Assembly: GCA_964016885.1 (NCBI GenBank)
Contig: OZ024746.1
Span: forward strand, 49,724,001 to 49,788,000
Direction: 5' to 3'
Origin: Eledone cirrhosa
Taxonomy: Eukaryota
Length of the DNA stretch: 64,000 bases
The notes beneath the pieces were generated by a model. The model worked only from the letters and a program-made list of their open reading frames with translations. It made no database searches and had not been told where the DNA came from. Every line of letters begins with the position of its first letter. Positions within the stretch are counted from its first letter, which is position 1. This document shows, one piece after another, positions 27,375 through 40,843 of the stretch. A program made the position numbers and the translations under genes.

Positions 27375-29837
27375 TCTATATATATAAAGGGAAGATGGAC
27401 ATTGTTTGGTGTACCGAACTTGCATGCTACACCGTTCATCCAATTTTCATGTAACCTCACACATATATAAAACTCAACGCGTAGAGTGGAATAGGCTACT
27501 TGAAATTTTCGAAAAATCGATAATCGTGCCCTATGACAGAATGTTTTTCGATTCCAATGAAATTTTATGTGAATTCGAAAACAAGAACTCTTAGTTTACA
27601 TCTGGCGCAATAAAAATAAATTTCATATGCCCATATAAGGACGTGCGTTATTGATTGGACGGCCAACTGCATGTCTTCCCAGCTGTCTCAGTAAACGACC
27701 GACCATTAAAGAGTTTATCTTTTCATATTCCACCTTATTCAAGTGGAAATACAGTATTATCCCTATCTGAAAAGGGAACCAAATTTAATGGTGTCTTTTG
27801 TGATGCTAAAAGCTGTGAGTAAATTTTCAAACAGTCTTAAATAATCATGCTTTTTGAAAAAAAAATTACTAAATAATACGTTGACCAAGTTGTATTGTAC
27901 ACATACAAAGTTGTAAAAAATGTTACGTCGTACCAATGTTTTCCTTTTTGAAACAAAAGATTCTAAAAAATTACTTAATTTATAATACAGTCTTTTGCAC
28001 AGGAAGTGAGTAACTTTTCGGGTGTTTAAACGTAAGTTCACCAGGGTTTGTGTCTTCATTATTAGCCCACCTCTAATGGCATTTTTTGTTCTGCTTACGA
28101 CTAAATGTTATGAGCGTATTTGCAATTAATTGCGCACACGTGCACACCTGCATGCAGATAGACACTGACAGCCAATAAAAAATCGATAACTTGCTTATTA
28201 AGATATCGGTAAAAAAGAGAGATTGAATGTACTTTAGAACATTTTTTGAATATATTGTTCTTTTTGGCATGATATGTCAGAAATATAGCTACTATACACT
28301 TTGGTTATTTTTTGTAACTAAAAAACGGTTCCTTTTGGGAAATCTTAGGGTTTTGGACAAGTTTGTTTCAGGCGCTGTATAGACGCCTATTTTGTCACAC
28401 CTTGGTCATGAATTCATATTCTTTTCCAATAGATATTTTCCGCTCTATAAGGCTCACCAGGATATAAGGCGTATCATTTAAAATCAGGTCCGCGCAACGG
28501 CGTGTAAGGCCAGCCAGGAAAATGCTATCTTCTTTACTTTTAGTCTAGATCTATTACTTCTGTTAGAGCCGTGATTGATTACCATTGTATTATTTATACA
28601 TAAGGCTCACCGGAGTATAAAGCGCAGAGCTGTTTTTTGATTAAATTTAATTATTTTAAGTGCAATTTATAGACCGGAAAATTCGGTAAGTTATTGTAAT
28701 CATATTTCCAAACCTTCCCATTCACCAGTAACCATGCTAACGAATCTGGTGTCATCTCTCTCTGTATTTAATCACCTCTCTCTAACCTAACAGCTTCGTT
28801 ACACGTCGTTATGCCCACACGGAAACGTTCAAGACTTACCTCCAAAAAAGGTACAGCTTCTGCTTTGAGACAACGAATTAGGCGTTCTCAGGTATGAGTT
28901 CATTCACAATTGATTAATCCTTTATGCAATATTCTCCCTTAATGTTAGCAAGTACTGCGTTTATCCTAACTGTCACCACTTTTAAGCAACTACAACATTC
29001 TAATCGTAGTTATATTAAATTTATTGTCTTACCTTGATTCCCTTTTGTTCATGTTAGACTTTTCTCATTTACTATTGACACTGCCATTGCCTTAGCTAAC
29101 CAGTAGAATTAATTAATTTTCTCTAGGAAACACCTGCTGAGCGCGAATCTCGACTCGCTGATAGACGTCTTTCCCGGCTAGTTGAGTCACCAACATCACG
29201 TACGACAAGGCTTGCTGGTGTTCGCCTTCGTCGCCAACAAGCGCTGACGGAGGAATCACCAGCATCCCGTCAGACGAGGCTTGAGGCAGTGGGCAAAGGG
29301 CAATAACCCTAGATACAATTTTGATCAACTTTTTTTCACCTATAGCAAAATTACCGGGATAGGTTTTTAGCTACTCAAATCTATTTCAGAGATCACGCAT
29401 TGATGTAAAAAATCAATAAAACTGAAGCGGGGATTGACTTTGCGCAAAAAAACAAGGCAAAGTTACACATGGGAAAACTTTTTACAGGAACGTCCTATAT
29501 TCTTGAAAACTGTCACAAAAGACTCGCCATTATGCCGCGGTTAAGATAAAGGCCCTTTTAATTCTTCTTCTGCACATGTGAGCGCAAAAATTGTAAAAAA
29601 AAAAAAGAACCCTGAAAGTAATCGACATTTTCACCTTGCGTTAAATTAACTGAACATTCAGTCGTGTAACTACACTGTGTAACTACAATTAATAAATTAC
29701 ACACCTGTGTCTACTAACCTATTTTTTTTCATTGAAGTTCGAAGTTTTGAACCTGTGATGCGCGGGAAGTAACTTTCACACATTCTAACAGACCAAAGGT
29801 CGACTTACACCCAGGCAACGCCGGGTACTTCTGCTAG
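27375..29837 (+). mobile_element. Non-autonomous Helitron (putative extent)
   Basis: 5' a|TCTATATATATAAA; 3' hairpin cccaggcaacgccggg then tacttctgCTAG|t; pairing of the two ends is inferred. Confidence 0.6.
28429..28688. mobile_element. pogo/Tigger-like MITE nested in the Helitron
   Basis: Ends tattttccgctctataa / ttatagaccggaaaattcggta; internal taaggctcacc repeats. Confidence 0.55.
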
Positions 29838-29906
29838 TATATATATATAAACAAATTAAAATGATGGAATAGTTTTCTTAAACCATTTAGTAGCTTTACT
29901 AGCTTT

Positions 29907-30398
29907 AGTGAGAAATGAAATTTCGTTTCATTCTATTCCATTTATCGGTTTCGGTGCGCCTGGCCGACTGAACTCACTCGATATGCAAATTAGGCTGCTC
30001 AGCCGTTAATTTTCATAAGGAAAGTATATACTTTCGGACGTTCAACCATCTGGCAGAAAGGTATACGGTGCTGACGATAGTTAATAAGCTTGAAACTAGT
30101 ACATCATTCCTGTGTCAGTGTTGAACAAAAAGGTGACGTGGTTGCGGCGTAATTCAGGCTGTTTGTTTGTTTACAAACGAACAAACCGAGCCTTATAATA
30201 AATGTTCGGTAAACTGATACGTGCATATATATATGTGTGCCTGTATGTATATATATACATGCTACTGTACGTCTGTATACATATATGTATGTACGTATAC
30301 ATACATACTTACATACATACATACATACATACTTACATTTAAGTAAGTGCCGTACTAAGAGTGAAAAATGAATTTTCGTTTCATTCTATTCCATTTAT
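29907..30398 (+). mobile_element. Retrozyme-like non-coding HHR element, copy R2 (453-bp unit)
   Basis: 39-bp terminal direct repeats 29907-29945 and 30360-30398, octamer 29983-29990, HHR 30067-30105, ends in (TA)n. Confidence 0.8.
30067..30105 (+). ncRNA. Minimal type I hammerhead ribozyme (R2)
   Basis: ggtg-CTGACGA-tagtt(aata)agctt-GAAA-ctag-TA-catc. Confidence 0.8.
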
Positions 30399-30420
30399 AT
30401 ATATATATATATATATATAT

Positions 30421-33400
30421 AGTAATAATAACAAATTTGAAGACTAAAAATCCAAAGAGGGCTCGATAAGGATAAATATATATCAAATATATAAGAACAA
30501 TAGAGCAAATATTTATTAAAATAACAGATTAAAGTTTAAGCAAAGAATCGCTGCTTTCACCCTTAACGGGATCTTCTGAAACTAACAAAGTCAATCTGTA
30601 AACGCAGAAGTGGATATTTCAAAAAACGTTGCAACCGGAGGAAGACAGAAAGAAGAATACTTTGGTTCGTAGAAACGTTCCCCGGCAAAGAACGGGAAAA
30701 AACGATTATAATACGTCATTAATAGGAGCGGTGAAAAACAATTACGCGCAAAGACAGAACCACGTTGATGGTATAAAAGAGGTCGCAGACTAATGTTCTC
30801 TTAGGTGGTTCACGGAGACGTTCTCTGGCAATGAACGAAAAAAAAACGAAGATAATACGTCATATGTGGAGCGTGGAGAAAAATTGCACGCAAAGACTAA
30901 ACCACGTAAATGGTATAGCAGAAGTCGTAGTCTAAAATTCTAACTAGGAGACCGAATGAATCTCCGCTTCAGAGTTAAGAACAAAGTAAATAAATACAAT
31001 ACAGAGGTAATAGAAATTAAATAAATACATACACGCATACAAATACGTACACACACAAGCATACGCGAAAACACTTACCATAGGTATACAAAACCACGCA
31101 CATATAAATATGGGTGTGTGTGTGTGCGCGTATACAAATAAATAAATAATTAAATAAACGTATATAAATAAATAAATACGTATATTACAAGCGCATGCAC
31201 ATACCTACATGTAAATACACAAATGTTCGGAGACGTAAGTCAACCAAAACATGAAGTACACATATACACACACCCTACATACGTACGAACCTGCATACTC
31301 ACACAGACGCAAAACTCCCGTATACACATAACCAAACCATATGTAGCAGAATATATAAAATTATACGCCATAACATATACAATCAAATATACGTACAAGA
31401 AGGTATACGTACCTTCACAAAACATACAGGTAATATATACTTACCTATGCAAATAAGTAATGGTATAAACAAAACATATACTTAGCTACCACATTAAGAC
31501 GTAAAATATCCACGTATAGATCGTACTATCCGTTAGGGTATAACGTGGGGCTGTAATACAGGAAAGTTTTGTGCAATTTATGTTTACAAGCCGAGATTGC
31601 CTCAGAATTTTTGTTTAAGGTGTGGTCTGTGGCGTAGAGTATTTCCAGGGCCTCAGCGGCGCAGAGGTCACATGGTCTTTTATTTCTGTTATACGATCTA
31701 GCCCTAGCTAGAATCTCCCAGTGTAACTTATATTGGGTGTGGTTGGCTTTTAGAGTCCAGATATAAGCTGAAAGTGACGTCATATTCCTTCTTAGATGTT
31801 AACGAAAAGAATGGGTATGCATCTAAAGACGCTGCTTGAATCTATTGGCGGTTAACCCTATGTAGGCCCTAGGGGACGTGGGTGTTTCAACCTTACATTT
31901 GTAGACAATGTTACTAGAGAGGCATTTCCCGGATAGGGGGCAATCAACCCGATTCCTACAATTACAGTTAGTACTAACTACAGGGTTAAACGTGTTCCTA
32001 CGGCTAGGTAGTTTAGCTAAATTTGAAGCTGTGATGTTATGTGCAAGGTTAGGAGTCGTAGAGTAAGAAATTTTAATAGTATTTCTATTAAAAATGTTAC
32101 TATATTTATGTGTAGGGGGAAATTCTTCGTAATAAGGGAAAGAAAGATCTTAGCTAATGGTGTGGCCACCTCGATATTATATGGTGGGTTATACCAACAA
32201 ATGCGACGGGATCTATTTCTTCTAGGTCTATTTTCGTACTCTGTATATGCTACCTTATCGACAAATCCACTCCGAGCAAGAGCTTCATTGTAATAAGTGG
32301 AATGGTCGTTGAAAATATGCTCGTTAGTAGATGACGGGAAAGCCTCAAAGAAACGTTTCTTACCAGGTTCTTGGTTATGCTGACAGGATGGTTGGAATGC
32401 TTACTTATGTAATTAAGCGTATCATTCGGCTTTCTATACGGGTAATACAACCCATTCAATAAATTGAGGGTAACGTCGAGGTAATTAACGACCGAGAGAT
32501 TGGCCTCAACCTGTATAGAGAGGTTGAAGCCTTTAAAGAAGGCTGTGAGTTCTTTTCTGAACCTGTCGCAAGCACGATGTCCGGACTTAGTCAAGGTCAA
32601 AAGACCATCATCACGGTACAAACCACAGCCCGCGTTTGGGAATTCGTCCTTGATAGAGAAAAGAAGGAAAAGGCCGATAAGATCAGTAACCTCCGCAGAA
32701 TCGCTGGCGCCCATACTTACGTCGAATGGGGTACTATTGGATTTTTTAATCCAAATAGTGTCGTCGAAATTAATCACCGACTTTCGGGCATTGAGGATGA
32801 CATCAACTTCCAAATCCTTAACCACTGTGAGTGTTTTAGCGAAATTGATAGCTCTAAGGAGAAGTGGTAAAGTGATGGAGGAGTAGTAATTGTTGATGTC
32901 GAATTGGATAAAGCGGCAATGTTCCTTGTTACATATGCCGTTGAACCAATCAATCACCGCGAAAGAATTGTTCCACAGTGCAAGAGGGGCCAAACTTCTA
33001 ATTTCAGGTATAATTCTATCAAGAATCGTTTTACTAAGTCTACCTAAATAGAACTTCGTAGGGTTAATAAGCCGAATAGAGGGGTTGTTCGGAAAATTGG
33101 ATTTGTGATCCTTCAGGGTAAAGTGGGGAGAAATAGGGTCCAGAGGTTCGGTCCGGTCCAGGATGTTGAGATCAGATGTGATTTTAAACCCAGCATCGTT
33201 GATTTCATTGATGACGCACCGATTAGTTTTACGGTAATCGTTAGTTACAGCATTATGTAGTAGTTGATGGTAAGTACTGCGCTCCACTTGATATAGGTTG
33301 CCAGTTTTGTCGGAATGGACGTGCACGGCATTAGAATCCGTAATAGAACGAATTCTATTCTTCAGGTCCTGCTGGAAGTAATTGCTCCTATTCCGAAATT

Positions 33401-35371
33401 TGATACTCCGCATGAGTTCCAAGACATCATTTTCGAAGGGTAGCAATGTTGGGTTACACGGGGGGTCATTATAGGTTTTAAACCCACATTTATCCTGTTT
33501 GTTGTCTGCTTTTCGCGGATTATCGAAATAAAAGGCACGCCAACGCAACCTTTTAATGAACGCGTCTGTTTTCTGTATCAGGAATTTTAGGTATGTTTTC
33601 CTGCTTGGTACGGGTATGTTCTTTGTAGAAATATTCAGATGTTGTTTCTGCATGATGAATATAAGTCAAGAGAGTGCTCAACCGAGGGAGCCAAATAGTA
33701 ATAATAATAAATTTGAAGACTAAAATCCAAAGAGAGCTCGATAAGGATAAATATATATCAAATATATAAGAACCATAGAGCAAATATTTATTAAAATAAC
33801 AGATTAAAGATTAAGCAAAGAATCGCTGCTTTCACCCTTAACGGGATCTTCTGAAACTAACAAAGCCAATCTGTAAACGCAGAAGTGGATATTTCAAAAA
33901 ACGTTGCAACCGGAGGAAGACAGGAAGACGATACTTTGGTTCGTCGAAACGTTCCCTGGCAAAGAACGGGAAAAAACGAATATAATACGTCATTAATAGG
34001 AGCGGTGAAAAACAATTACGCGCAAAGACAGAACCACGTTTATGGTATAAAAGATGTCGTAGACTAATGTTCTCTTAGGTGGTTCATAGAGACGTTCTCT
34101 GGCAATGAACGAAAAAAACGAAGATAATACGTCATATGTGGAGCGTGGAGAACAATTGACGCAAAGACAAAACCACGTAAATGGTATAGCAGAAGTCGTA
34201 GTCTAAAATTCTAACTAGGAGACCGAATGAATCTCCGCTTCAGAGTTAAGGACAAAGTAAATAAATACAATACAGAGGTAATAGAAATTAAATAAATACA
34301 TACATACAAATACGTACACACACAGGCATACGCGAAAACACTTACCATAGGTATACAAAACCACGCACATATAAATATGTGTGTGTGTGTATGCATGTAT
34401 ACAAATAAATAAATAATTAAATAAACGTATATAAATAAATAAATACATATATAACAAGCGCACGCACATACCTACATGTAAATACACAAATGTTCGGAGA
34501 CGTAAGTCAACCAAAACATGAAGTACATATATACACACACCCTGCATACGTACGAACCTGCATAGGCACACAGACGCAAAACTCCCGTATACACATAACC
34601 AAACCATATGTACCAGAATTAATAAAATTATAATTTCGGCTTGTAAACATAAATTGCACAAAACTTTCCTGTATTATACCCCCACGTTATACCCTAACGG
34701 ATAGTACTATCTATACGTGGATATTTTACGTCTTGATGTGGTAGCTAAGTATATGTTTTGTTTATACCATTACTTATTTGCATAGGTAAGTATATATTAC
34801 CTGTATGTTTTGTGAAGGTACGTATACCTTCTTGTACGTATATTTGATTGTATATGTTATGGCGTATAATTTCATATATTCTGCTACATATGGTTTGGTT
34901 ATGTGTATACGGGAGTTTTGCGTCTGTGTGAGTATGCAGGTTCGTACGTATGTAGGGTGTGTGTATATATGTACTTCATGTTTTGGTGGTTTTGTCTTTG
35001 CGTGCAATTGTTCTCCATGCTCCAGATATGACGTATAATCTTCGTTTTTTTCGTTCATTGCCAGAGAACGTCTCTATGAACCACCTAAGAGAACATTAGT
35101 CTACGACCTCTTTTATACCATAAACGTGGTTCTGTCTTTGCGCGTAATTGTTTTTCACCGCTCCTATTAATGACGTATTATATTCGTTTTTTCCCGTTCT
35201 TTGCCAGAGAACGTTTCCACGAACCAAAGTATCGTCTTCCTGTCTTCCTCCGGTTGCAACGTTTTTTGGAATATCCACTTCTGCGTTTACAGATTGACTT
35301 TGTTAGTTTCAGAAGATCCCGTTAAGGGTGAAAGCAGCGATTCTTTGCTTAAACTTTAATCTGTTATTTTA

Positions 35372-35378
<7 letters not shown>
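30421..35378 (-). mobile_element. Full-length degenerate Penelope-like element with direct pLTRs (30421-31365 and 33697-34632) and an inverted, internally deleted arm (34633-35378)
   Basis: ~940-bp direct repeats; arm 34633-34985 is the reverse complement of ~31243-31597; HHR-like motifs at 30533-30583(-), 33808-33858(-) and 35305-35355(+); both ends in (TA)n. Confidence 0.9.
31526..33653 (-). pseudogene. PLE RT-GIY-YIG ORF with frameshifts and stops in the C-terminal third
   Basis: STKNIP, SDKT, FDINNYY, SMGASDS, YRDD, CNC-x5-CP, IVY/YIG, CDLC. Confidence 0.9.
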
Positions 35379-35417
<39 letters not shown>

Positions 35418-35475
35418 GATATACATGTACATATATATGTACACTTGTATATATAAATATATATATATATATGTA

Positions 35476-35552
<77 letters not shown>

Positions 35553-37243
35553 TTAGTTATACTATTTATGGTTATGTAAACACAAAACCTTAAGCAGTTG
35601 TAAGTATTTTACACACACCCTAAATAGTGGTAGGCAGTAATGTATTACTACCTTATTACCAGTAAGTTAAGTAGCTCAATGTAAAAACATCAGATGATTT
35701 ACAGAGCAGTTATATGAAATATAAGAATCAAAGAACTGTTCAAAACATTTTTGTGCTTACAGCTGTTTCCTCCAAACCGAGGTTTGGATTCTTCGGAGCA
35801 ATTTATTAATGCATGGACAGTTATATGACCTCCTTTTCAGCCGAGAGACATACCAACACATATTCAAACATTGATACATATTCAAACATTGTGGGTCAAC
35901 ATTCATTACAGAATTTAGAGTGGCAGTACACACTTCGAGATTACATTTATATTAATGGGTACAATCAAAAATCAAAGATATAGGTTAAAGTACAACATGA
36001 AGATAAGTGGTTATATAGTGCAAATGTTATATGTGTGGCACGCATGTGCGTCTTGTTTATATAGTGTGGCAGAGAGATATGTGTGGTAGAGGCACTTAGG
36101 TAGGTAAATAAGAGTGTTAGGTTGGTAGATCTGGTGGCAAAGTCTTTATATGATTGATATAGTCTGTGTGTGGAGAAATATTATAAGCATTAAAGATAGT
36201 GCAAGCATTAAAAGTGTTATAAGTATTGGAGATGCACAGCGCAGGGATGTCAAGTAATTCATGTACTTCGGCATTTTCATGGTCAAGGGAGTGTATATTT
36301 CGATTATATGCCTTTCACATAATCCACGACAATCCAGTTAGAGATCGTAGTCTGGTGTTCTTTAGTTCGATACAGGAGGTTGTTACGTTTCGAGAAACGC
36401 CATTGAATACCGGAAGTGTGTGTGTGGCTAAGGGGAGTTAATGCATGCGGGGAGGTAACTCTGGGGTTTCTATATCTAGCCATTAAAATGTGTCCCAATA
36501 TAGACCCTAAATTCTATGGTGAGGTGCACCTTCCAAGAGAGACTTTTAAAGCATAAAGTGTACTAACTATAGAGTAGTTTAACTAAATTATGCTGAAGGT
36601 GATCATATTATTATTAAGGTGGATTAACCCATCTTAAGGTGCTACAAATGGAAATTATAGATGATGAGCGAGGATTCTAAATTAATGATCTCTGTGGTTG
36701 TAGTCTGCTCATATGACCAGGCGCGGTGATTGCAGGATTGCTTCAGGACCCAATGATCTCTGGTAAGATCTGGGTCATCGCTTGCTACATTGGATGTCGA
36801 AAGATAATCGTCCCCAGGCAGGCCAAAGGTCAATCCGCAGTCCTCGCGACCCCTCTCTGACCGTCAGATCATCCATATACGTACAACCCGCACGGCAGTT
36901 GCATTGCATTCACTCACTGCGCTCAGCAGCCCGGTCCTACTGGTCAACAGCGCTACTCGATTAAATCATTTTACATCTGTCTAAGGAAGGTGTTTCCTCT
37001 GCCCAACACCATCCAACCGATCAATTCATGCTCAAATTACCCTTAGAGCGGTGTAGTGCCGTCCAAGTGGGTGGATGTTGTCACACCTGCCGTAGAGGTA
37101 TAAATGGGTATTTTCCCTGCGAAGGGTTCCAGAGGGATGTCGTTGTTTGTGTTATAATGGATCAGCTAGTGTTGGGTATGTAGTATAGGGTGTGTCTCTG
37201 GTGTTTGATGCTAGATGTGGTGTTAGGTTCCAGTCCGACATTG

Positions 37244-37905
37244 CTATATATAGGGCTTAAAGTTTTGGAAGGAATGTCTGAGGCGGTGCTGGCAAGTTGC
37301 AAACACCTCAGATTTTTTGTTAAGTAGGTTACGGTTGGAGAAGATAATATTGTGTGTCTCTAGTATACAGAGGTTACAGAATTTATTAGGTGGTTTGTAC
37401 GAGGTCGCGCTGCCTATCACTTCCCATTTGAGTGTGTATGGTTTATTTTTAGATTTTAGATAGTGTATGTAGCTAGAAAGTGAGGTGGAGTTGGCTAGGC
37501 TGTGCTTTTTGAACGAGTGGATGTGCGAGTTATATCTGATTTTGAAGCAGTTAGAAGTGGAGCCTACATAGGTTTCTGAAGAGTTATTAGTCGTGACTGT
37601 GCATGAGTATATGACATCCTTGGTTAGGCATTTTTTATCTAAAGGGCAGGTTCTATTAGCTCTACAGTTACAATTATTCTGTGCGTTAGTCCGCTGGTTA
37701 TAATGCAATGCGGAAGTCTGTGTGGTGGATATAGGATTTTGGGTGTTCAGGTTGACAACCCTGGTGTTATTACTTATACTAGTGTTATTTCTATTGTTAC
37801 TGCCGTTGCTATTGTTGCTTGCTACAGTGGTATTTAGAGGGTTTGCATCCCGTTGTGATTTTGTTTGTTGGAAGTAAGAACTAATTTTACTATTATTGCT
37901 GCTAT
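37244..37905 (-). pseudogene. Inverted duplicate of the PLE ORF C-terminus (GIY-YIG)
   Basis: Translation identical to the last ~219 aa of 38384-40843. Confidence 0.9.
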
Positions 37906-38087
37906 TATTGCTGCTATCTTTGATTGTACCCATTAATATAAATGTAATCTCGAAGTGTGTACTGCCACTCTAAATTCTGTAATGAATGTTGACCCACAAT
38001 GTTTGAATATGTATCAATGTTTGAATATGTGTTGGTATGTCTCTCGGCTGAAAAGGAGGTCATATAACTGTCCATGCATTAATAAAT

Positions 38088-38134
38088 TGCTCCGAAGAAT
38101 CCAAACCTCGGTTTGGAGGAAACAGCTGTAAGCA
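38088..38134 (+). ncRNA. Variant hammerhead (CCGAAGA core) in the 5' pLTR
   Basis: tgct-CCGAAGA-atccaaacc(tc)ggtttggag-GAAA-cagctg-TA-agca; identical copies at 42287-42333(+) and 35754-35800(-). Confidence 0.7.
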
Positions 38135-38383
38135 CAATAATGTTTTGAACAGTTCTTTGATTCTTATATTTCATATAACTGCTCTGTAAATCATCTGATG
38201 TTTTTACATTGAGCTACTTAACTTACTGGTAATAAGGTAGTAATACATTACTGCCTACCACTATTTAGGGTGTGTGTAAAATACTTACAACTGCTTAAGG
38301 TTTTGTGTTTACATAACCATAAATAGTATAACTAATACTATTAACTGCTCCATATCGTTGAGCTGACATATAATATTGCCAAT

Positions 38384-40843
38384 ATGCTAATCAAAGACCA
38401 ACTCCCCATGTCAACCAAGAACATACCAATACCATCCAGGAATACATATGAGAAATTGCTGATCAACAGTGTAAATTCATTTATCAATAGAGTGAGATGG
38501 AGGACATTCCATTATGATAGAAACAAATCTAACAACTTGAATAATACTAACAATTTTGACTCCTTCGGCTTTAAAACCTTTAAAAGCCCCCCTCATAACA
38601 CTCTACTTAACTCCTTTGAAAATGACCTAGTTAAACTAGTTAAGAACATTAAATACAATAAGCACCATATTAGAAGCAACACCTTCTTAAACAAACTTAA
38701 CACTTCTATTAGTGGATTCAAAACTAGTAATAAAATTATTGTACACGCAGATAAAACTAATAACATATACAGCCTAGATTATATTACTTATAGAAAGTGT
38801 ATATATAATGAACTACATAAAAGCTACAAAAAAACCACCTTGAAAAACTTAGAAGATATTAATGTAGAGGGTTATAATATAGTGTCTAAACTAGGACTAC
38901 AGAGGCATACACAACCTTTCACTCCGAACCCCCCTAGATTCTCTCTGAAGGACCATAAGGAGAACTTCATCAGCAACCCCACGATAAGACTTATCTGCCC
39001 TTCCAAGTCCGACATTGGTATTATCAGCAAGAAGATTTTGGATAAAATCATCCCACAAATTAAACACAAGATACACCTTAAACAATGGGGAAATACGGGT
39101 GAAGTAATTGAATGGTTTAAGGATATCAAGAATAATAAGAACAAAAAATTTATTCAATTTGATATCAATTCATACTACACCTCTATTTCCCCTATCCTAT
39201 TAAATAAGGCACTTATCATGGCCATGACCAATAGCGACCTGACTAGAGCCCAGGTTGATGTCATCCTTGCGGCCCGTAAAACCATAATCACCTTCGAGGA
39301 CCAACTATGGACACGCAAGGATACGCACAACAACTTCGACATAACCATGGGATCTAGTGACTCGGCGCAGGTCACTGATTTGGTCGGCCTATACCTCCTC
39401 AATGAAATCCATAAAGACCTCCCTTACCTCAACGGTGGTTTGTACCGCGATGATGCACTTCTACTCATTGAATATAAAAAATTTAATATAGAAAGAACTA
39501 GAAAACAACTGCATAAGACATTCAAAAACTTTAACCTTAGTATCACCATGGACAAAAACACTAAAAATGTTAACTTCCTAGACACCACACTATACCTAGA
39601 CTCAAAAATATATACACCTTTCCATAAGCCTAATGAGAAACTTATTTACGTAGATACTAAGTCTAATCACCCTAGATCAATATTAAACTCTATCTCTAAG
39701 GGGGTGTCCAATAGAATCTCTAGTCTGTCCTATGACGCAAACATATTTAGCAAAAACTCACAATATTACAATCAAGCATTAGCTAGCTCCGGCCATAATA
39801 TAGAAATTGAGTTCCTACCTAAGAAAACACATAGCTACAACATCATCTCGCACAACATGTCCATGAGGAAATCTAATAATAGAAATAGCAACCATAAGTA
39901 CACCAAAGCGGAGGGTGCCACCGGAAGTAACCATTACCATGGAAACTACTGTGAGGCCTTAGGAGGAAGCAACACACCAAACACTAAAAGCAAAAATAGA
40001 AGAAGAAATAATACATTTTTCAACCCTCCTTTCAACCTAAATGTCTCCACCAACATACCTAGGGCTTTCTTCTCACTACTAGATAAAAACTTCCCTCTAG
40101 GACACAAGTACCACAACCTCTTAAACAAAAACACCATTAAAATCTCATACTCTACGACGCCTAACTTAGCATACCACATAGCTAGCAGCAATAATAGTAA
40201 AATTAGTTCTTACTTCCAACAAACAAAATCACAACGGGATGCAAACCCTCTAAATACCACTGTAGCAAGCAACAATAGCAACGGCAGTAACAATAGAAAT
40301 AACACTAGTATAAGTAATAACACCAGGGTTGTCAACCTGAACACCCAAAATCCTATATCCACCACACAGACTTCCGCATTGCATTATAACCAGCGGACTA
40401 ACGCACAGAATAATTGTAACTGTAGAGCTAATAGAACCTGCCCTTTAGATAAAAAATGCCTAACCAAGGATGTCATATACTCATGCACAGTCACGACTAA
40501 TAACTCTTCAGAAACCTATGTAGGCTCCACTTCTAACTGCTTCAAAATCAGATATAACTCGCACATCCACTCGTTCAAAAAGCACAGCCTAGCCAACTCC
40601 ACCTCACTTTCTAGCTACATACACTATCTAAAATCTAAAAATAAACCATACACACTCAAATGGGAAGTGATAGGCAGCGCGACCTCGTACAAACCACCTA
40701 ATAAATTCTGTAACCTCTGTATACTAGAGACACACAATATTATCTTCTCCAACCGTAACCTACTTAACAAAAAATCTGAGGTGTTTGCAACTTGCCAGCA
40801 CCGCCTCAGACATTCCTTCCAAAACTTTAAGCCCTATATATAG
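38384..40843 (+). CDS. Penelope-like reverse transcriptase / GIY-YIG endonuclease (819 aa)
   Basis: Uninterrupted ORF with ADKT, FDINSYY, TMGSSDS, YRDD, NFLD, CNCRANRTCPLDKKC, VIY...YVG and CNLC motifs. Confidence 0.93.
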   Translation: MLIKDQLPMSTKNIPIPSRNTYEKLLINSVNSFINRVRWRTFHYDRNKSNNLNNTNNFDSFGFKTFKSPPHNTLLNSFENDLVKLVKNIKYNKHHIRSNTFLNKLNTSISGFKTSNKIIVHADKTNNIYSLDYITYRKCIYNELHKSYKKTTLKNLEDINVEGYNIVSKLGLQRHTQPFTPNPPRFSLKDHKENFISNPTIRLICPSKSDIGIISKKILDKIIPQIKHKIHLKQWGNTGEVIEWFKDIKNNKNKKFIQFDINSYYTSISPILLNKALIMAMTNSDLTRAQVDVILAARKTIITFEDQLWTRKDTHNNFDITMGSSDSAQVTDLVGLYLLNEIHKDLPYLNGGLYRDDALLLIEYKKFNIERTRKQLHKTFKNFNLSITMDKNTKNVNFLDTTLYLDSKIYTPFHKPNEKLIYVDTKSNHPRSILNSISKGVSNRISSLSYDANIFSKNSQYYNQALASSGHNIEIEFLPKKTHSYNIISHNMSMRKSNNRNSNHKYTKAEGATGSNHYHGNYCEALGGSNTPNTKSKNRRRNNTFFNPPFNLNVSTNIPRAFFSLLDKNFPLGHKYHNLLNKNTIKISYSTTPNLAYHIASSNNSKISSYFQQTKSQRDANPLNTTVASNNSNGSNNRNNTSISNNTRVVNLNTQNPISTTQTSALHYNQRTNAQNNCNCRANRTCPLDKKCLTKDVIYSCTVTTNNSSETYVGSTSNCFKIRYNSHIHSFKKHSLANSTSLSSYIHYLKSKNKPYTLKWEVIGSATSYKPPNKFCNLCILETHNIIFSNRNLLNKKSEVFATCQHRLRHSFQNFKPYI

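Noticed and set aside
31526-40843. Selenocysteine recoding, reported for some Naiad PLEs
   Set aside because: The intact ORF has no in-frame TGA, and the stops I read in the degenerate copy's endonuclease region are TAG/TAA
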